DNA from: Archaeoglobus sp. JdFR-37
GTDB taxonomy: Archaea; Halobacteriota; Archaeoglobi; Archaeoglobales; Archaeoglobaceae
Length of the DNA: 33,835 nucleotides
Reading direction: 5' to 3'
Assembly (NCBI GenBank): GCA_002010215.1
Contig: MTMY01000017.1
Span: 1 to 33,835, forward strand
Shown: positions 1 through 9,304 of the stretch, one piece after another
Layout of the letters: every line of letters starts with the position of its first letter
Numbering within the stretch: the first letter of the stretch is position 1
Notes under the pieces: model-generated
Seen by the model: only the letters and a program-made list of their open reading frames with translations
The model's database searches: none
Told to the model about the DNA's origin: nothing
Translations under genes and position numbers: made by a program

Positions 1-364
1 TCAACACACCGCCTCATCCAGGCTTTAGCAGCTTTGAATCTCCAATACAGTCAGAAAAAAGCTTAGAAGAGAGTATTCAGAAGTTAACTTAGAATTGAGA
101 AATTTTAAACGCTGTAATCAAATTTGGCAAAAATCAGTCTGTCTGTGTCTCAAAAACCCAGTACTACTCCAAGAAATTTTAGTTTTATTAATTATCAATT
201 AATCTAAATTTTTATTTCAGATTTTAATTTTCCGAACTTATATCGGTTAAATGAGCTCAAATTTGACTAAATCCACTAAAAATCTAATTAAATTAGATAT
301 AAATACATTTAATGAGAGTAATGCTTAAATACCCCATCGAGAATCCGCTATAAGGTGTAAGAGG

Positions 365-928
365 ATGGATGGAGCGACTGAGATCGGGTTAGTGGATACT
401 AGGCAAGTTTCAGAGCAAAAGGGCGGCAGCTATACAATTTCTGCGAGTCGAATACTGCTCCCAAAAAAGGTGCTCTTTACAATTGGGGTAGGTGTCCACG
501 AAGATTGTTTGGTCAGCTTTGAGCTTGCTTTGAGAGATGCGGGCATAGAGAAGTACAATCTCGTAACTGTTAGCAGCATATTTCCGCCTGGCTGTGAGAT
601 AGTCGGCAAGGAAGAGGGGCTTAGAGAACTCATGCCAGGGCAGATTGTCTACTGTGTAATGGCAAGGATGACGAGCAATGAAGAGGGTAAAAAGATTTTT
701 GCAAGCGTTGGTGCCGCAATTCCTGAAGATCCAGCGTTGAACGGCTATCTTACAGAGTACCACGGCTATTACGATGGCAAAGAAATTGGCAAGCATGCTG
801 AGGATATGGCAGCATACATGCTGGAAACGAATTTTGGTGTTAAAGCTGCAAAGAAGCTCAACGCCACAGTTACAGCTGATGTTGAGAAGTATACAACAGT
901 TGTTGCTGCAGCAGTTTTCGTGATGTGA
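365..928 (+). CDS. pdaD: Pyruvoyl-dependent arginine decarboxylase
   Basis: SFELALRDAGIEKYNLVTVSSIFPP contains the Ser-Ser autocleavage site; GYLTEYHG and C-terminal TTVVAAAVF are typical. About 28-aa N-terminal extension; start slightly uncertain. Confidence 0.93.
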   Translation: MDGATEIGLVDTRQVSEQKGGSYTISASRILLPKKVLFTIGVGVHEDCLVSFELALRDAGIEKYNLVTVSSIFPPGCEIVGKEEGLRELMPGQIVYCVMARMTSNEEGKKIFASVGAAIPEDPALNGYLTEYHGYYDGKEIGKHAEDMAAYMLETNFGVKAAKKLNATVTADVEKYTTVVAAAVFVM

Positions 929-929
929 C

Positions 930-1952
930 ATGCAGCCGACGGAGCCGATTAAAGTTTCTGAGAAAAGCGTTGCCGATGTTCTTTTAGCCATGTCAAAAAC
1001 AGGATTTCAGGGTAGAAAGCTTGGAGAAGCATTCAAAATATGGCTTGAGATGCTGGAAGAGAATGAGATTACCATACTTATGGGTCTCGCCGGAGCGATG
1101 GTTCCTGCTGGAATGAGGAAAATAATTGCATACCTAATCAGAAACAGATACATCGATGTTCTCGTTTCGACAGGAGCGAACATTTTCCACGACATTCACG
1201 AGGCTTTAGGTTTCAAGCACTATTTAGGTAGCGAAAAAGCAAACGATTTCCACCTTTACAAGGAAGGAATAGACAGGATTTACGATGTATTTGCCTACGA
1301 ATCGGAATTCAACAGAGCCGATTACATCCTCGCAGACATAATTTCTGAGCTCATTGGCGTTATGTCCTCGAGAGAGTTCATAGAGAAGCTGGCAGAGAGT
1401 GTTTGCAAGTTAGTCTCTGAAGAAGAATCGATAATTGTTGCAGCGTACGAAAGTGATGTGCCAATCTTCTGCCCCAGCATTGCAGACAGCTCCATTGGAA
1501 TTGCCGCGACAATTGCAGATAGACGAGTCGTGATAGATCCAATCAAGGACATAGAAGAACTTACGGACATCGTTGTTAAGTCTAAGAAGACCGGAGTAAT
1601 TTACGTTTCAGGAGGTGTTCCCAAGAACTTCATCCAGCAAACGGAAGTTGTTGCAAGGCTTAAGGGCATAGAAAAGGGAGGACACAACTATGCAATACAG
1701 TTCACCACCGACATGCCGCAATGGGGCGGTTTGAGCGGGTGCACGTTTGAAGAGGGAATCAGCTGGGGCAAGATAAGTCAGAAGAGCAAGAAAATTCAGG
1801 TTCACGTTGATGCAACAATTGCTCTGCCAATTATTGCTCACGGACTGCAGAATGCGAAGCGGAGAAGCTGTCCGGTTTTCATCTGGGATAGGGAGCTGAA
1901 GATCGATTACGGGTGTTTGAGCCATGAAGTTAGCGCTTGTCAGGGACTCTGA
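930..1952 (+). CDS. dhs: Deoxyhypusine synthase family protein
   Basis: TGFQG, GAMVPAGMR, TGAN, IDRIYD, GGVPKNF and GGLSGCTFEEGISWGK (active-site Lys) motifs. Confidence 0.93.
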   Translation: MQPTEPIKVSEKSVADVLLAMSKTGFQGRKLGEAFKIWLEMLEENEITILMGLAGAMVPAGMRKIIAYLIRNRYIDVLVSTGANIFHDIHEALGFKHYLGSEKANDFHLYKEGIDRIYDVFAYESEFNRADYILADIISELIGVMSSREFIEKLAESVCKLVSEEESIIVAAYESDVPIFCPSIADSSIGIAATIADRRVVIDPIKDIEELTDIVVKSKKTGVIYVSGGVPKNFIQQTEVVARLKGIEKGGHNYAIQFTTDMPQWGGLSGCTFEEGISWGKISQKSKKIQVHVDATIALPIIAHGLQNAKRRSCPVFIWDRELKIDYGCLSHEVSACQGL

Positions 1953-2961
1953 GATTTACAACAGGAAACTTCTTGGATTAACGCTGAGAGACAGAATCAA
2001 ACTACCACTTGAGAGAGCAGGATTTACGGTGAGGTTCTTCAAGGAAGATACGAGCGTAGAGCATGCGGAGTCGTATCTGATAATCAATGAACCCGTTCTC
2101 ATCCTTGAAAGAGACCTAGAACTTAACGGCAGGAAATTACTCGTGTCTGATGGAGTTACATTTGGCTACCTCTTCGGGGATGATTTCCATGCATTCTTCG
2201 ATGGAGATTTGCAGATGACAATTGAAAAGTATCTGGAAAGGAACAGTGTCGGAGTTCAGCAAATTTGGTCTGTAAAGCTCTCAGATGAAAACCTAAAATT
2301 GGCTGAAAAACTCCTTTTGAGCTCTCTTGTGAAGGTAAAGAGAACAGGCTTAAAGCCTGCATACTACGACGGAATTATTGCAAGAACTCTAAATCGGATA
2401 ATTTCCCTAAGAATTTCGAAGTATCTTGCGGATAGAACTGTAACTCCTAATCAGATTACAGTATTCTCTTTTCTCATTTCTGTTATTGGATCAGCCTTGT
2501 TTTTGCTCAACAGCTATTTCGCAACGCTTATTGCTGGAATCATTATCCAGCTTCACAGCATCATTGACGGCTGCGATGGTGAGATTGCAAGGCTAAAATT
2601 TTTGGAGTCAAAGTATGGTGCTTGGCTTGACGGTGTTCTGGACAGATATGCTGATTTCATAATCATATTCTGTGTAACTCTCTCAGTTTCTCAAACAAAT
2701 GGGCTTTACTGGGTTTTAGGCTTTTTAGCTGCATTCGCGTCATTTATCATCCCTTACACCGGAGATAAGTACGTTGCCGTTTATAAGCAGACTTATACTT
2801 CAGGATCATTCAGAATCCCAATTACAAGAGATATAAGGCTGTTTCTGATATTTTTAGGAGCTATTTTCAATACTCTTGCGATTTCACTAGCGTTAATTGC
2901 AGTTCTGGGAAATATCGAAGGTTTAAGGAGAATTATTGCATTGAGGAGTGTCGAGCTGTGA
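1924..2961 (+). CDS. CDP-alcohol phosphotransferase with N-terminal cytidylyltransferase-like domain (AF2299-like)
   Basis: TPNQIT and DGCDGEIAR...GAWLDGVLD signature; about 6 TM helices; soluble N-terminal domain resembling A. fulgidus AF2299. Confidence 0.92.
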   Translation: MKLALVRDSEIYNRKLLGLTLRDRIKLPLERAGFTVRFFKEDTSVEHAESYLIINEPVLILERDLELNGRKLLVSDGVTFGYLFGDDFHAFFDGDLQMTIEKYLERNSVGVQQIWSVKLSDENLKLAEKLLLSSLVKVKRTGLKPAYYDGIIARTLNRIISLRISKYLADRTVTPNQITVFSFLISVIGSALFLLNSYFATLIAGIIIQLHSIIDGCDGEIARLKFLESKYGAWLDGVLDRYADFIIIFCVTLSVSQTNGLYWVLGFLAAFASFIIPYTGDKYVAVYKQTYTSGSFRIPITRDIRLFLIFLGAIFNTLAISLALIAVLGNIEGLRRIIALRSVEL

Positions 2962-3155
2962 ATCACTCCTTGCTTCGCGAGGAGTCTTGCAAGCAACTGG
3001 GAGGGGAAAAAATAGTTTGTATCTCCGATCTACATCTCGGTGAGTTGAGGATGATGAAAACAACCTCCAAATATTTTTCCCAGATATGCTCCACTCACTC
3101 CAAAAACTCCAAAGATTCGGGCGAAATAGGAAAAGTGAATCAGAACTCTGTGTAA
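2958..3155 (+). pseudogene. Truncated metallophosphoesterase remnant
   Basis: KIVCISDLHLG is calcineurin-like phosphoesterase motif I (DxH); no later motifs, and the ORF runs into the convergent kaiC gene. Confidence 0.5.
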
Positions 3156-3883
3156 ACCTCTTCTCTTGAGTGCACTACGATGCCTTCTTCTGTAATCTCG
3201 AAGGGGTGTATTTTCTTGCTGTGATTGCTGCCTCTCATCTTGAAGATTTCTAGGCTCCTTACTCTTACGTTTTCACTTCTTGTGAAATACAGAACAATTG
3301 TACCTTCAGTAACGAAATTCTCAACACCGAACCTGCTGATCTTGTCTCCACTTAAATCCTGAATTTCACAGGTAAGCAGAGATGTCAGGCCGAGGATCTC
3401 CATGGTGGTGGCTATTTTGAGCAGCTCAACTCTGAATTTCGCCGGATCCTGTATTGCAAATCCAATTGCTGTTGTGGAGTCAAGAACGGCTCTCCTGGCA
3501 CCGATCTCATCCTGAATTGTTATCACTTGGTCAAGTAAAGATCTAGTGTCAAAGGGGCGTACATCAATATAGCGCTCATCTGATGGTAAACCAATCTTCG
3601 TAGAGGTTGCATCAACGATTGCCAGCATGTTCTCATCTTCAAACTTCTCAAGATCCCAGCCAAAAACATAGAAGTGCTCTCTGAGATGCTGAGGCCTCTC
3701 CTCAGTGGCAATGAAAATACCTGGCTCGTTGAACATCTTTATTCCGTTGACAATGAACTGCATGGCAAAAATTGTCTTACCAGAACCTGAAGTTCCCGAG
3801 ACAAGGTAGCTCCTGTCTCTTATCAAACCACCCTCACAAAGCTCATCAAAGCCTGGAATACCAGTGGGCACCCTTTCAAGCAT
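3140..3883 (-). CDS. KaiC/RAD55-family single-domain ATPase
   Basis: RVPTGIPGFD, Walker A GTSGSGKT, Walker B AVLDS, RSLEIFKMRGSNH. Confidence 0.92.
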   Translation of the reverse strand: MLERVPTGIPGFDELCEGGLIRDRSYLVSGTSGSGKTIFAMQFIVNGIKMFNEPGIFIATEERPQHLREHFYVFGWDLEKFEDENMLAIVDATSTKIGLPSDERYIDVRPFDTRSLLDQVITIQDEIGARRAVLDSTTAIGFAIQDPAKFRVELLKIATTMEILGLTSLLTCEIQDLSGDKISRFGVENFVTEGTIVLYFTRSENVRVRSLEIFKMRGSNHSKKIHPFEITEEGIVVHSREEVYTEF

Positions 3884-3987
3884 TTTTTCACCTCATTATC
3901 ATATCCCAATTGTTAAGCTCATTATCATCAATCTTGCATAATTCAGAAACCCCAAAGTTTAAATTATTTACGATTGTTTTGCCAAAC

Positions 3988-5100
3988 ATGGCAAAGATAA
4001 CCGTTAGCATAATAAAGGCTGACGTGGGTGGGCTGCCAGGACATGTTCTGGTTCCAGAAGAGCTCATAAAGGTTGCCGAGGACAATCTGACAGAGAAAAA
4101 GGAGAGTGGAGATATTATTGATTTCAGAGTCTTTAACGCTGGAGATGACCTCGACCTCATAATGACCCATCGTCATGGTGTAGATAGCGAGAAGATTCAC
4201 AGAATTGCCTGGGAGACCTTCGAACTGGCCGCTGAAAAAGCAAAGGAGCTGAAACTCTATGGAGCTGGTCAGGATTTGCTGGCAGATGCCTTTTCCGGTA
4301 ACGTGAGAGGAATGGGTCCTGGAGTCGCAGAGATGGAATTTACCGAGAGAAAAGCGGAGCCTGTCCTGGCATTCCTCATGGATAAAACCGAGCCCGGAGC
4401 TTTTAACCTTCCTATCTTCAAGATGTTTGCTGATCCATTTAACACCGCCGGCCTTGTAATTGATCCATCCCTCCACAGCGGGTTCGTTTTCGAGATCTGG
4501 GACATCTACGAGAGCAAAAGGGTCTTCATGAGCACTCCAGAGGAGATGTACGATATACTTGCCCTCATCGGTGGAAAAAGCAGATTTGTGATAAAAAGAG
4601 TATTTCCGAAAGAGGGAGGGAAGCTTCCAGCAGATGAACCGGTAGCTGCAATAAGCACGGAGAAGCTCTACCTGATTGCTGGCGAATACGTTGGAAAGGA
4701 TGATCCTGTAGCAATTGTGAGAGCTCAGAGTGGTTTGCCGGCAGTTGGAGAGGTTCTTGAGGCTTTCGCATTTCCGCATCTGGTGAGTGGATGGATGAGG
4801 GGGAGCCACAATGGCCCCTTGATGCCTGTCCCCTTCAGATACAGCCAGTGCACCCGCTTTGATGGGCCGCCTCGTGTAATAGGTGCCGGCTTCCAGCTAG
4901 CAGATGGAAAGCTCATCGGACCGGTTGATCTCTTCGACGATCCTGCATATGATTACACCAGACAGAAAGCTGTAGAAATAGCAGATTACATGCGCAGACA
5001 CGGCCCCTTCGAGCCCCACAGACTGCCAAGTGAGGATATGGAATACACAACCCTTCCGAAGGTTATGGAAAAGCTCAAGAACAGATTTGAAGATATCTAA
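3988..5100 (+). CDS. fbp: Bifunctional fructose-1,6-bisphosphate aldolase/phosphatase (FBPase class V)
   Basis: IKADVGG.PGH, LYGAGQDLL, DKTEPGAFN, YVGKDDP, WMRGSH, GPFEPHRL. Start reset to ATG 3988 (MAKITVS), with a TATA box ~27 nt upstream. Confidence 0.97.
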   Translation: MAKITVSIIKADVGGLPGHVLVPEELIKVAEDNLTEKKESGDIIDFRVFNAGDDLDLIMTHRHGVDSEKIHRIAWETFELAAEKAKELKLYGAGQDLLADAFSGNVRGMGPGVAEMEFTERKAEPVLAFLMDKTEPGAFNLPIFKMFADPFNTAGLVIDPSLHSGFVFEIWDIYESKRVFMSTPEEMYDILALIGGKSRFVIKRVFPKEGGKLPADEPVAAISTEKLYLIAGEYVGKDDPVAIVRAQSGLPAVGEVLEAFAFPHLVSGWMRGSHNGPLMPVPFRYSQCTRFDGPPRVIGAGFQLADGKLIGPVDLFDDPAYDYTRQKAVEIADYMRRHGPFEPHRLPSEDMEYTTLPKVMEKLKNRFEDI

Positions 5101-5114
5101 ATGTATCTTCTCAG

Positions 5115-5780
5115 ATGAATCCAGAATTTTTTTCTTTTCTTCAACAGTTTCGCAAATACTGGTGGGATAGCCAGAGGGAAGAGGAGTTCAGGGAAGTAGA
5201 GGCTGATCCTTTTAAACTCCTAATTTTCACAATTCTGAGCCAGAATACAAGCTCTGAAAACACATGGAGGGCTTGGACATCTCTCAGGAGTAAATTTAAT
5301 GTCTCAACCGAATCTCTGGCAGGGGCAAATCCTGAAAAGCTTGCAGAGACCATCAAAAGTGGTGGATTGCCGAGAGTTAAGGCGAGAAGGATTATTGAGG
5401 CATCTAGATATCTACTGAATAATGGAATAAAGCTTGTAGATCTGATCGATAAAGGAGCTAAGCAGGAATTGCTTAAAATCCCGGGAGTAGGGCATAAGAC
5501 AGCCGATGTACTGCTATCGTCAAAGCACGGTCAGAGTGAGCATTTCATCGTTGACACCCACATGGAGAGAGTTGCAAAGAGACTGGGGCTGGTTGATGAA
5601 AAGGCAGGATATGACGAGATACAGAAAGCACTTGTGAGGTTTCTTGATCATCCAGATGATGAAATAGCCACGCTCTTCTGGTTCTTTGCCAGACATATGT
5701 GCACTGCCAGAAATCCGAGATGTTGGGAATGTATGCTTAAAAAGGATTGCAAATTTGGGTCAGACAAGGTCTCAGATTGA
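5115..5780 (+). CDS. nth: Endonuclease III family HhH-GPD DNA glycosylase with [4Fe-4S] motif
   Basis: ILSQNTS, HhH LLKIPGVGHKTADV, VDTH, C-x6-C-x2-C-x5-C. Confidence 0.88.
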   Translation: MNPEFFSFLQQFRKYWWDSQREEEFREVEADPFKLLIFTILSQNTSSENTWRAWTSLRSKFNVSTESLAGANPEKLAETIKSGGLPRVKARRIIEASRYLLNNGIKLVDLIDKGAKQELLKIPGVGHKTADVLLSSKHGQSEHFIVDTHMERVAKRLGLVDEKAGYDEIQKALVRFLDHPDDEIATLFWFFARHMCTARNPRCWECMLKKDCKFGSDKVSD

Positions 5781-5786
5781 TTACTG

Positions 5787-6491
5787 CTATTTTCTCAGGT
5801 CATCTTTCTCCCTCTTTCTAATCAATCTTTCCATAACTGCCTCGCCAGTCAGTTCCCTAAGGGCATCAGAAGCAATCCATCTGGCACTTTTAGAATCCAT
5901 TCTACCGATTTCCTTGGCAACTTCGATGGCTTTTTTGTTGAGATAAATGTTTCTTTTCCCGATCTGCCTCAACGCCCAGTTAACCGCTTTTTTCACATAG
6001 TGTCTTTCATCGGTAGCCTCTCTTTTGATAATCAAGAGAAACTCTTCGAATATCTCGTCACTTGCCTTTTTATCAGCTAACGCCAGACGGGCCATCAGGA
6101 CAAATCCTGCCCTTTTCACGAACTCCTCATCTCTTGAACTCCACTCAACCGCTTTTCTGTATGCAAATCTGGTTTTTGTGAAGAGATTAGCACAGCACTG
6201 GTCACATATCTCCCAATAGTCGAAATCTTTCACCCAATTCTCCATCTGTTCTTCTGTGACCTTCTCTGGCTCGCTTATCATGGTAGCAAGTATTCTGGTT
6301 TCCCTCGTATCTATATCCCAGAGTTCTTGGGCAAGAAGGTGATTTTTTCCTATCTCTCTTGCCAGTTTCCTCAGATCAGGGATTGATATGCCATAAGCTC
6401 TCTTTGGCGTAATTCCATATCTTGCCATACTCTCCACTGCCTTTGGATTCGACATCTTCTCTAACTTTTGAAGGACATCCTCTAGCCTCAA
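5787..6491 (-). CDS. DNA alkylation repair protein (AlkD-like HEAT-repeat glycosylase)
   Basis: YGISIPDLRKLAREIG, WEICDQ, EFVKRAGF, DERHYVKKAVNWALRQIGKR; TTG start after a GGTGA RBS. Confidence 0.88.
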   Translation of the reverse strand: MRLEDVLQKLEKMSNPKAVESMARYGITPKRAYGISIPDLRKLAREIGKNHLLAQELWDIDTRETRILATMISEPEKVTEEQMENWVKDFDYWEICDQCCANLFTKTRFAYRKAVEWSSRDEEFVKRAGFVLMARLALADKKASDEIFEEFLLIIKREATDERHYVKKAVNWALRQIGKRNIYLNKKAIEVAKEIGRMDSKSARWIASDALRELTGEAVMERLIRKREKDDLRK

Positions 6492-6534
6492 TTATTCACC
6501 CCTCTTAGTTTCGTTGCCGTGATGCTGGTAAAAA

Positions 6535-6714
6535 TCAGTCGAAATCAAAAATCGTCCTACCTTTAGAGAACATCATTATAAACTGGCAGTTGTTGCAAAT
6601 CTTAATTCTGACCTTGTGGGCTGTTAAGCCCCACTTGCTATCTATTTTCCCTTCTTCGGTTTTGAAGTCTGTCGATCCGCACAAAGGACATTTGAGCTGG
6701 ATTTTGTCGCTCAT
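6535..6714 (-). CDS. Small Zn-ribbon protein (59 aa, not in ORF track)
   Basis: Hand translation MSDKIQLKCPLCGSTDFKTEEGKIDSKWGLTAHKVRIKICNNCQFIMMFSKGRTIFDFD; two CxxC knuckles; TATA-like element upstream. Confidence 0.85.
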   Translation of the reverse strand: MSDKIQLKCPLCGSTDFKTEEGKIDSKWGLTAHKVRIKICNNCQFIMMFSKGRTIFDFD

Positions 6715-6789
6715 GTCTTGAATTTCACTTGAAGAACTTAAGATTTGCCAAGGTCAAAATATTTATTTACAGACATCTTAATATTAAAT

Positions 6790-7641
6790 ATGGCTGAAAG
6801 GTATTATGAGCTTTCTGAGCTTGAGGCTAAAGCCCCCAAGCTTTTTGGAATTCCCACAGGAACAAAGCTTGATGAGATGTTCTACAAAATTGAGCAGGAA
6901 GGAGATGAATATGTCAAAAAGCCCTTGGGCGGAATACCACATCTTGCTGTCATGAATGTAACAGGAGTTCCTGATAGTGGCAAGAGTGTTCTTGCTGAGC
7001 AGTTTGCTGTAACCCAAGCCAATGCAGGATACAAGGTGCTGTTTGTTACAGTTGAGAGTCCGGCTAATTTCCTTTATACTGCCCTCAAGCAGAAAAGCGT
7101 CGCTCTGGGTGCAGATTTCTCGAAGGTTGAGAAGAACATAGTGGTGATAGATGCCAGTGAGAGTGATGAGCTGAGGGAGAACCCAAAAGCTTTGCTGGAC
7201 ACCATGGCCTATGCAATCAGGGAGAAGAAGGTGACTAATGTGATAATTGACAGCATCACTGGTCTCTACGAACACAAGGAAGTGATGGCTAGGCAGATAG
7301 TCAGACAGTTCTTTAATTTCCTGAAGAAGTGGAAGCAGACTGCAATTCTTGTCTCCCAGAAAAGGTCAGCTCAGGCTAGTGAAAGCGCTGAAGCTGCCGG
7401 TGGTCTGGCAGTCGCCCATATAGTTGATGGAACCATTGTGATGGATAAGAAGCTCATAGAAACCAGATGGGACGTCAGTCTCTACGGCCTCCCTCTTGGA
7501 AGTGTTCTGAGAACCATAAGGATTGATGGCTGCCGTCTTACAGCCCACGACTCCCGCTCATGGGTTTTTGAGATAACTGAGATGGGGACTGTTGAGATAC
7601 TCGCACCCCTTTCGGATTTCATCAAAAAGAAGGCGAGGTGA
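6790..7641 (+). CDS. KaiC domain protein (thermophile AF_0795-type)
   Basis: LFGIPTGT.LD, Walker A GVPDSGKS, VIIDS, AEAAGGLAVAHIVDG, RIDGCRL; start reset to ATG 6790. Confidence 0.9.
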   Translation: MAERYYELSELEAKAPKLFGIPTGTKLDEMFYKIEQEGDEYVKKPLGGIPHLAVMNVTGVPDSGKSVLAEQFAVTQANAGYKVLFVTVESPANFLYTALKQKSVALGADFSKVEKNIVVIDASESDELRENPKALLDTMAYAIREKKVTNVIIDSITGLYEHKEVMARQIVRQFFNFLKKWKQTAILVSQKRSAQASESAEAAGGLAVAHIVDGTIVMDKKLIETRWDVSLYGLPLGSVLRTIRIDGCRLTAHDSRSWVFEITEMGTVEILAPLSDFIKKKAR

Positions 7642-7680
7642 AATTGGAATATTGGAGAAGTATAGAGGGGGGTGATGAGT

Positions 7681-8283
7681 ATGGAGGTTATCGCGACCCC
7701 GAAAGGCGGGAACGTCGATAAGATGGCGGAGAAAGTGTTTATGGAGAGCATAAACATACTTGGTGGATTGAAAAAGCTGGTAGAGTACAGAAATCTCACC
7801 TGGCTACCATCTTTGGCTGAGGCTGCATATGTTGTCGTGCTGAAAAATGAGGTGTTCAGGAGTTATGGAGAAATCGCTAAAGAACTTGGCATAACAGAGC
7901 AGACTGCAAGGAACATTGCAACAGCAGATGAAGAGAGAGTCAAAAGGTATCTAGAGGGTCAGCTTGATGAGAAGCCCAACGAGCACATAGCAGGTGGTAT
8001 TGCAAAAATCGCCTACAGGAAACTGAAAGAGGAGGGAAGGCTGGATGAAGAAGAGGTGGTGATGGCGCAGAAGGAAATAGAGGTTCTCGACATCGACTGG
8101 GCAGTCCACGTCCTTGCCAGAATCAAAGGGCTTGACTTTCCGGCTTCAAAAGAGCAGATTGGCGAAAGATTACAGGGGATGGTTGTGAAGGGTAGGGCTA
8201 TCGAAGAAATCCTGGATGAAATAGCGTATCCAGTGAAATCACCGGCTGAATTGCTTCACAAAATTAAGGAGAAACTCTCTTAG
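7681..8283 (+). CDS. KaiC-associated HTH regulatory protein with C-terminal helical domain
   Basis: GGLKKLVEYRNLTWLPSLA and HTH SYGEIAKELGITEQTARN; directly downstream of the KaiC gene; start may be 7672, 7675 or 7681. Confidence 0.8.
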   Translation: MEVIATPKGGNVDKMAEKVFMESINILGGLKKLVEYRNLTWLPSLAEAAYVVVLKNEVFRSYGEIAKELGITEQTARNIATADEERVKRYLEGQLDEKPNEHIAGGIAKIAYRKLKEEGRLDEEEVVMAQKEIEVLDIDWAVHVLARIKGLDFPASKEQIGERLQGMVVKGRAIEEILDEIAYPVKSPAELLHKIKEKLS

Positions 8284-8347
8284 TTTTTCTTAGTTTTCTC
8301 GTTTGCTTTAATTTGCTTTAGAGTTTATTCAGGCAGGTAGCCATACG

Positions 8348-9304
8348 TTATACATTTATCCTTTCCTTTTGGGCCTTCATTAGCTCCAGCGTCCTTCTTA
8401 TCCTCTCAGCATCTCTTCTTCTTGCAATCTCATCAAGTTTCTGCTTCCAGACACTCATTTCTACAGTTCCCGCCATGCACTCATCAATGAAGTCTCTGTA
8501 GAATCTCACAATTTCGTAGATCAGCCCTACGCTGTACTCCCTCCCCTGAATCTTGAGGCAGTCAACAACATCAAGCATGGGGGGTATCTCTTCAAGCATC
8601 AGGAACATGTCGTTGGGCAGGTTGAAATCTTTGGCATAGCACCCTGTGTTCGTCCCACCACCATGGAGCCCCCACTTCATCAAGCAGGGGCGGAAGCATA
8701 CGCCGCCTCTATTGGGGCTACCCACATAATAGCTCTTGCCGTCAAGTTCTTCGTATCTCAAAGCCTTATAGCTGCTCATCCAGCACTTGCCGAGGTAAGT
8801 GAAGTCTGTGTTTGCGTGTATCAGCACCTCAACGCCTACTCCTGCCTTATTCTTTATTTCGGCAATTTCCTCAAGGCTGAGCTTGCAGTCGGCAACGATC
8901 ATTCTGGCACCAGCGTCGCGATAAAGCTTTGCTTCCTGATAGTTTATTATGTTGCAACCAATGCTCGCCACAATTTTCATGTCTGGATATCTGTCTCTAA
9001 CGATTCTCATCAAACCAATGTCATTCAGGATGATGGCATCAACTTCAGCGGAGTGGAGGAAATCCAGCTTTTCTTCAAACATGCTTATCTCGCCGCTCCT
9101 CGGCATGGCGTTGATGGCTGCCCTGAGCATTCCATCGTAGTCGTGGGCTATCTCGGCTGCTCTCCTTATTGTGTTATCATCCAGCTCGTATTTGGAAGAC
9201 CTCCTGCTCCAGCCCTTCACGCCAACATAAACGCTGTTTGCCCCAGCCTGAAACACCCTCTCCACCATTTCCAAGCTGCCCCCAGGGCCGAGAAGTTCAA
9301 CCAT
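8348..9304 (-). CDS. Peptidase U32 family Fe-S protein (UbiU-like)
   Basis: ELLGPGG...GANSVYVG, DAIILNDIGL, EVLIHA, GKC..SSY, NRGGVCFRPC, LKIQGR. Confidence 0.88.
   Translation of the reverse strand: MVELLGPGGSLEMVERVFQAGANSVYVGVKGWSRRSSKYELDDNTIRRAAEIAHDYDGMLRAAINAMPRSGEISMFEEKLDFLHSAEVDAIILNDIGLMRIVRDRYPDMKIVASIGCNIINYQEAKLYRDAGARMIVADCKLSLEEIAEIKNKAGVGVEVLIHANTDFTYLGKCWMSSYKALRYEELDGKSYYVGSPNRGGVCFRPCLMKWGLHGGGTNTGCYAKDFNLPNDMFLMLEEIPPMLDVVDCLKIQGREYSVGLIYEIVRFYRDFIDECMAGTVEMSVWKQKLDEIARRRDAERIRRTLELMKAQKERINV

Noticed and set aside
1..120. Possible 3' end of an upstream gene
   Set aside because: Too short; no recognisable motif in any frame
3772..3987. 72-aa N-terminal extension of fbp in the ORF track
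   Set aside because: It overlaps the divergent kaiC gene; the family starts at MAKITVS (3988), with a TATA box correctly placed
3964..4809. 281-aa antisense ORF, and similar ones at 410-991, 8663-9352, 21641-22171 and 24439-25227
   Set aside because: Shadow frames opposite well-supported genes, with no motifs
3140..8283. Circadian clock interpretation of the two kaiC-like genes
   Set aside because: Both are single-domain and no kaiA or kaiB is present
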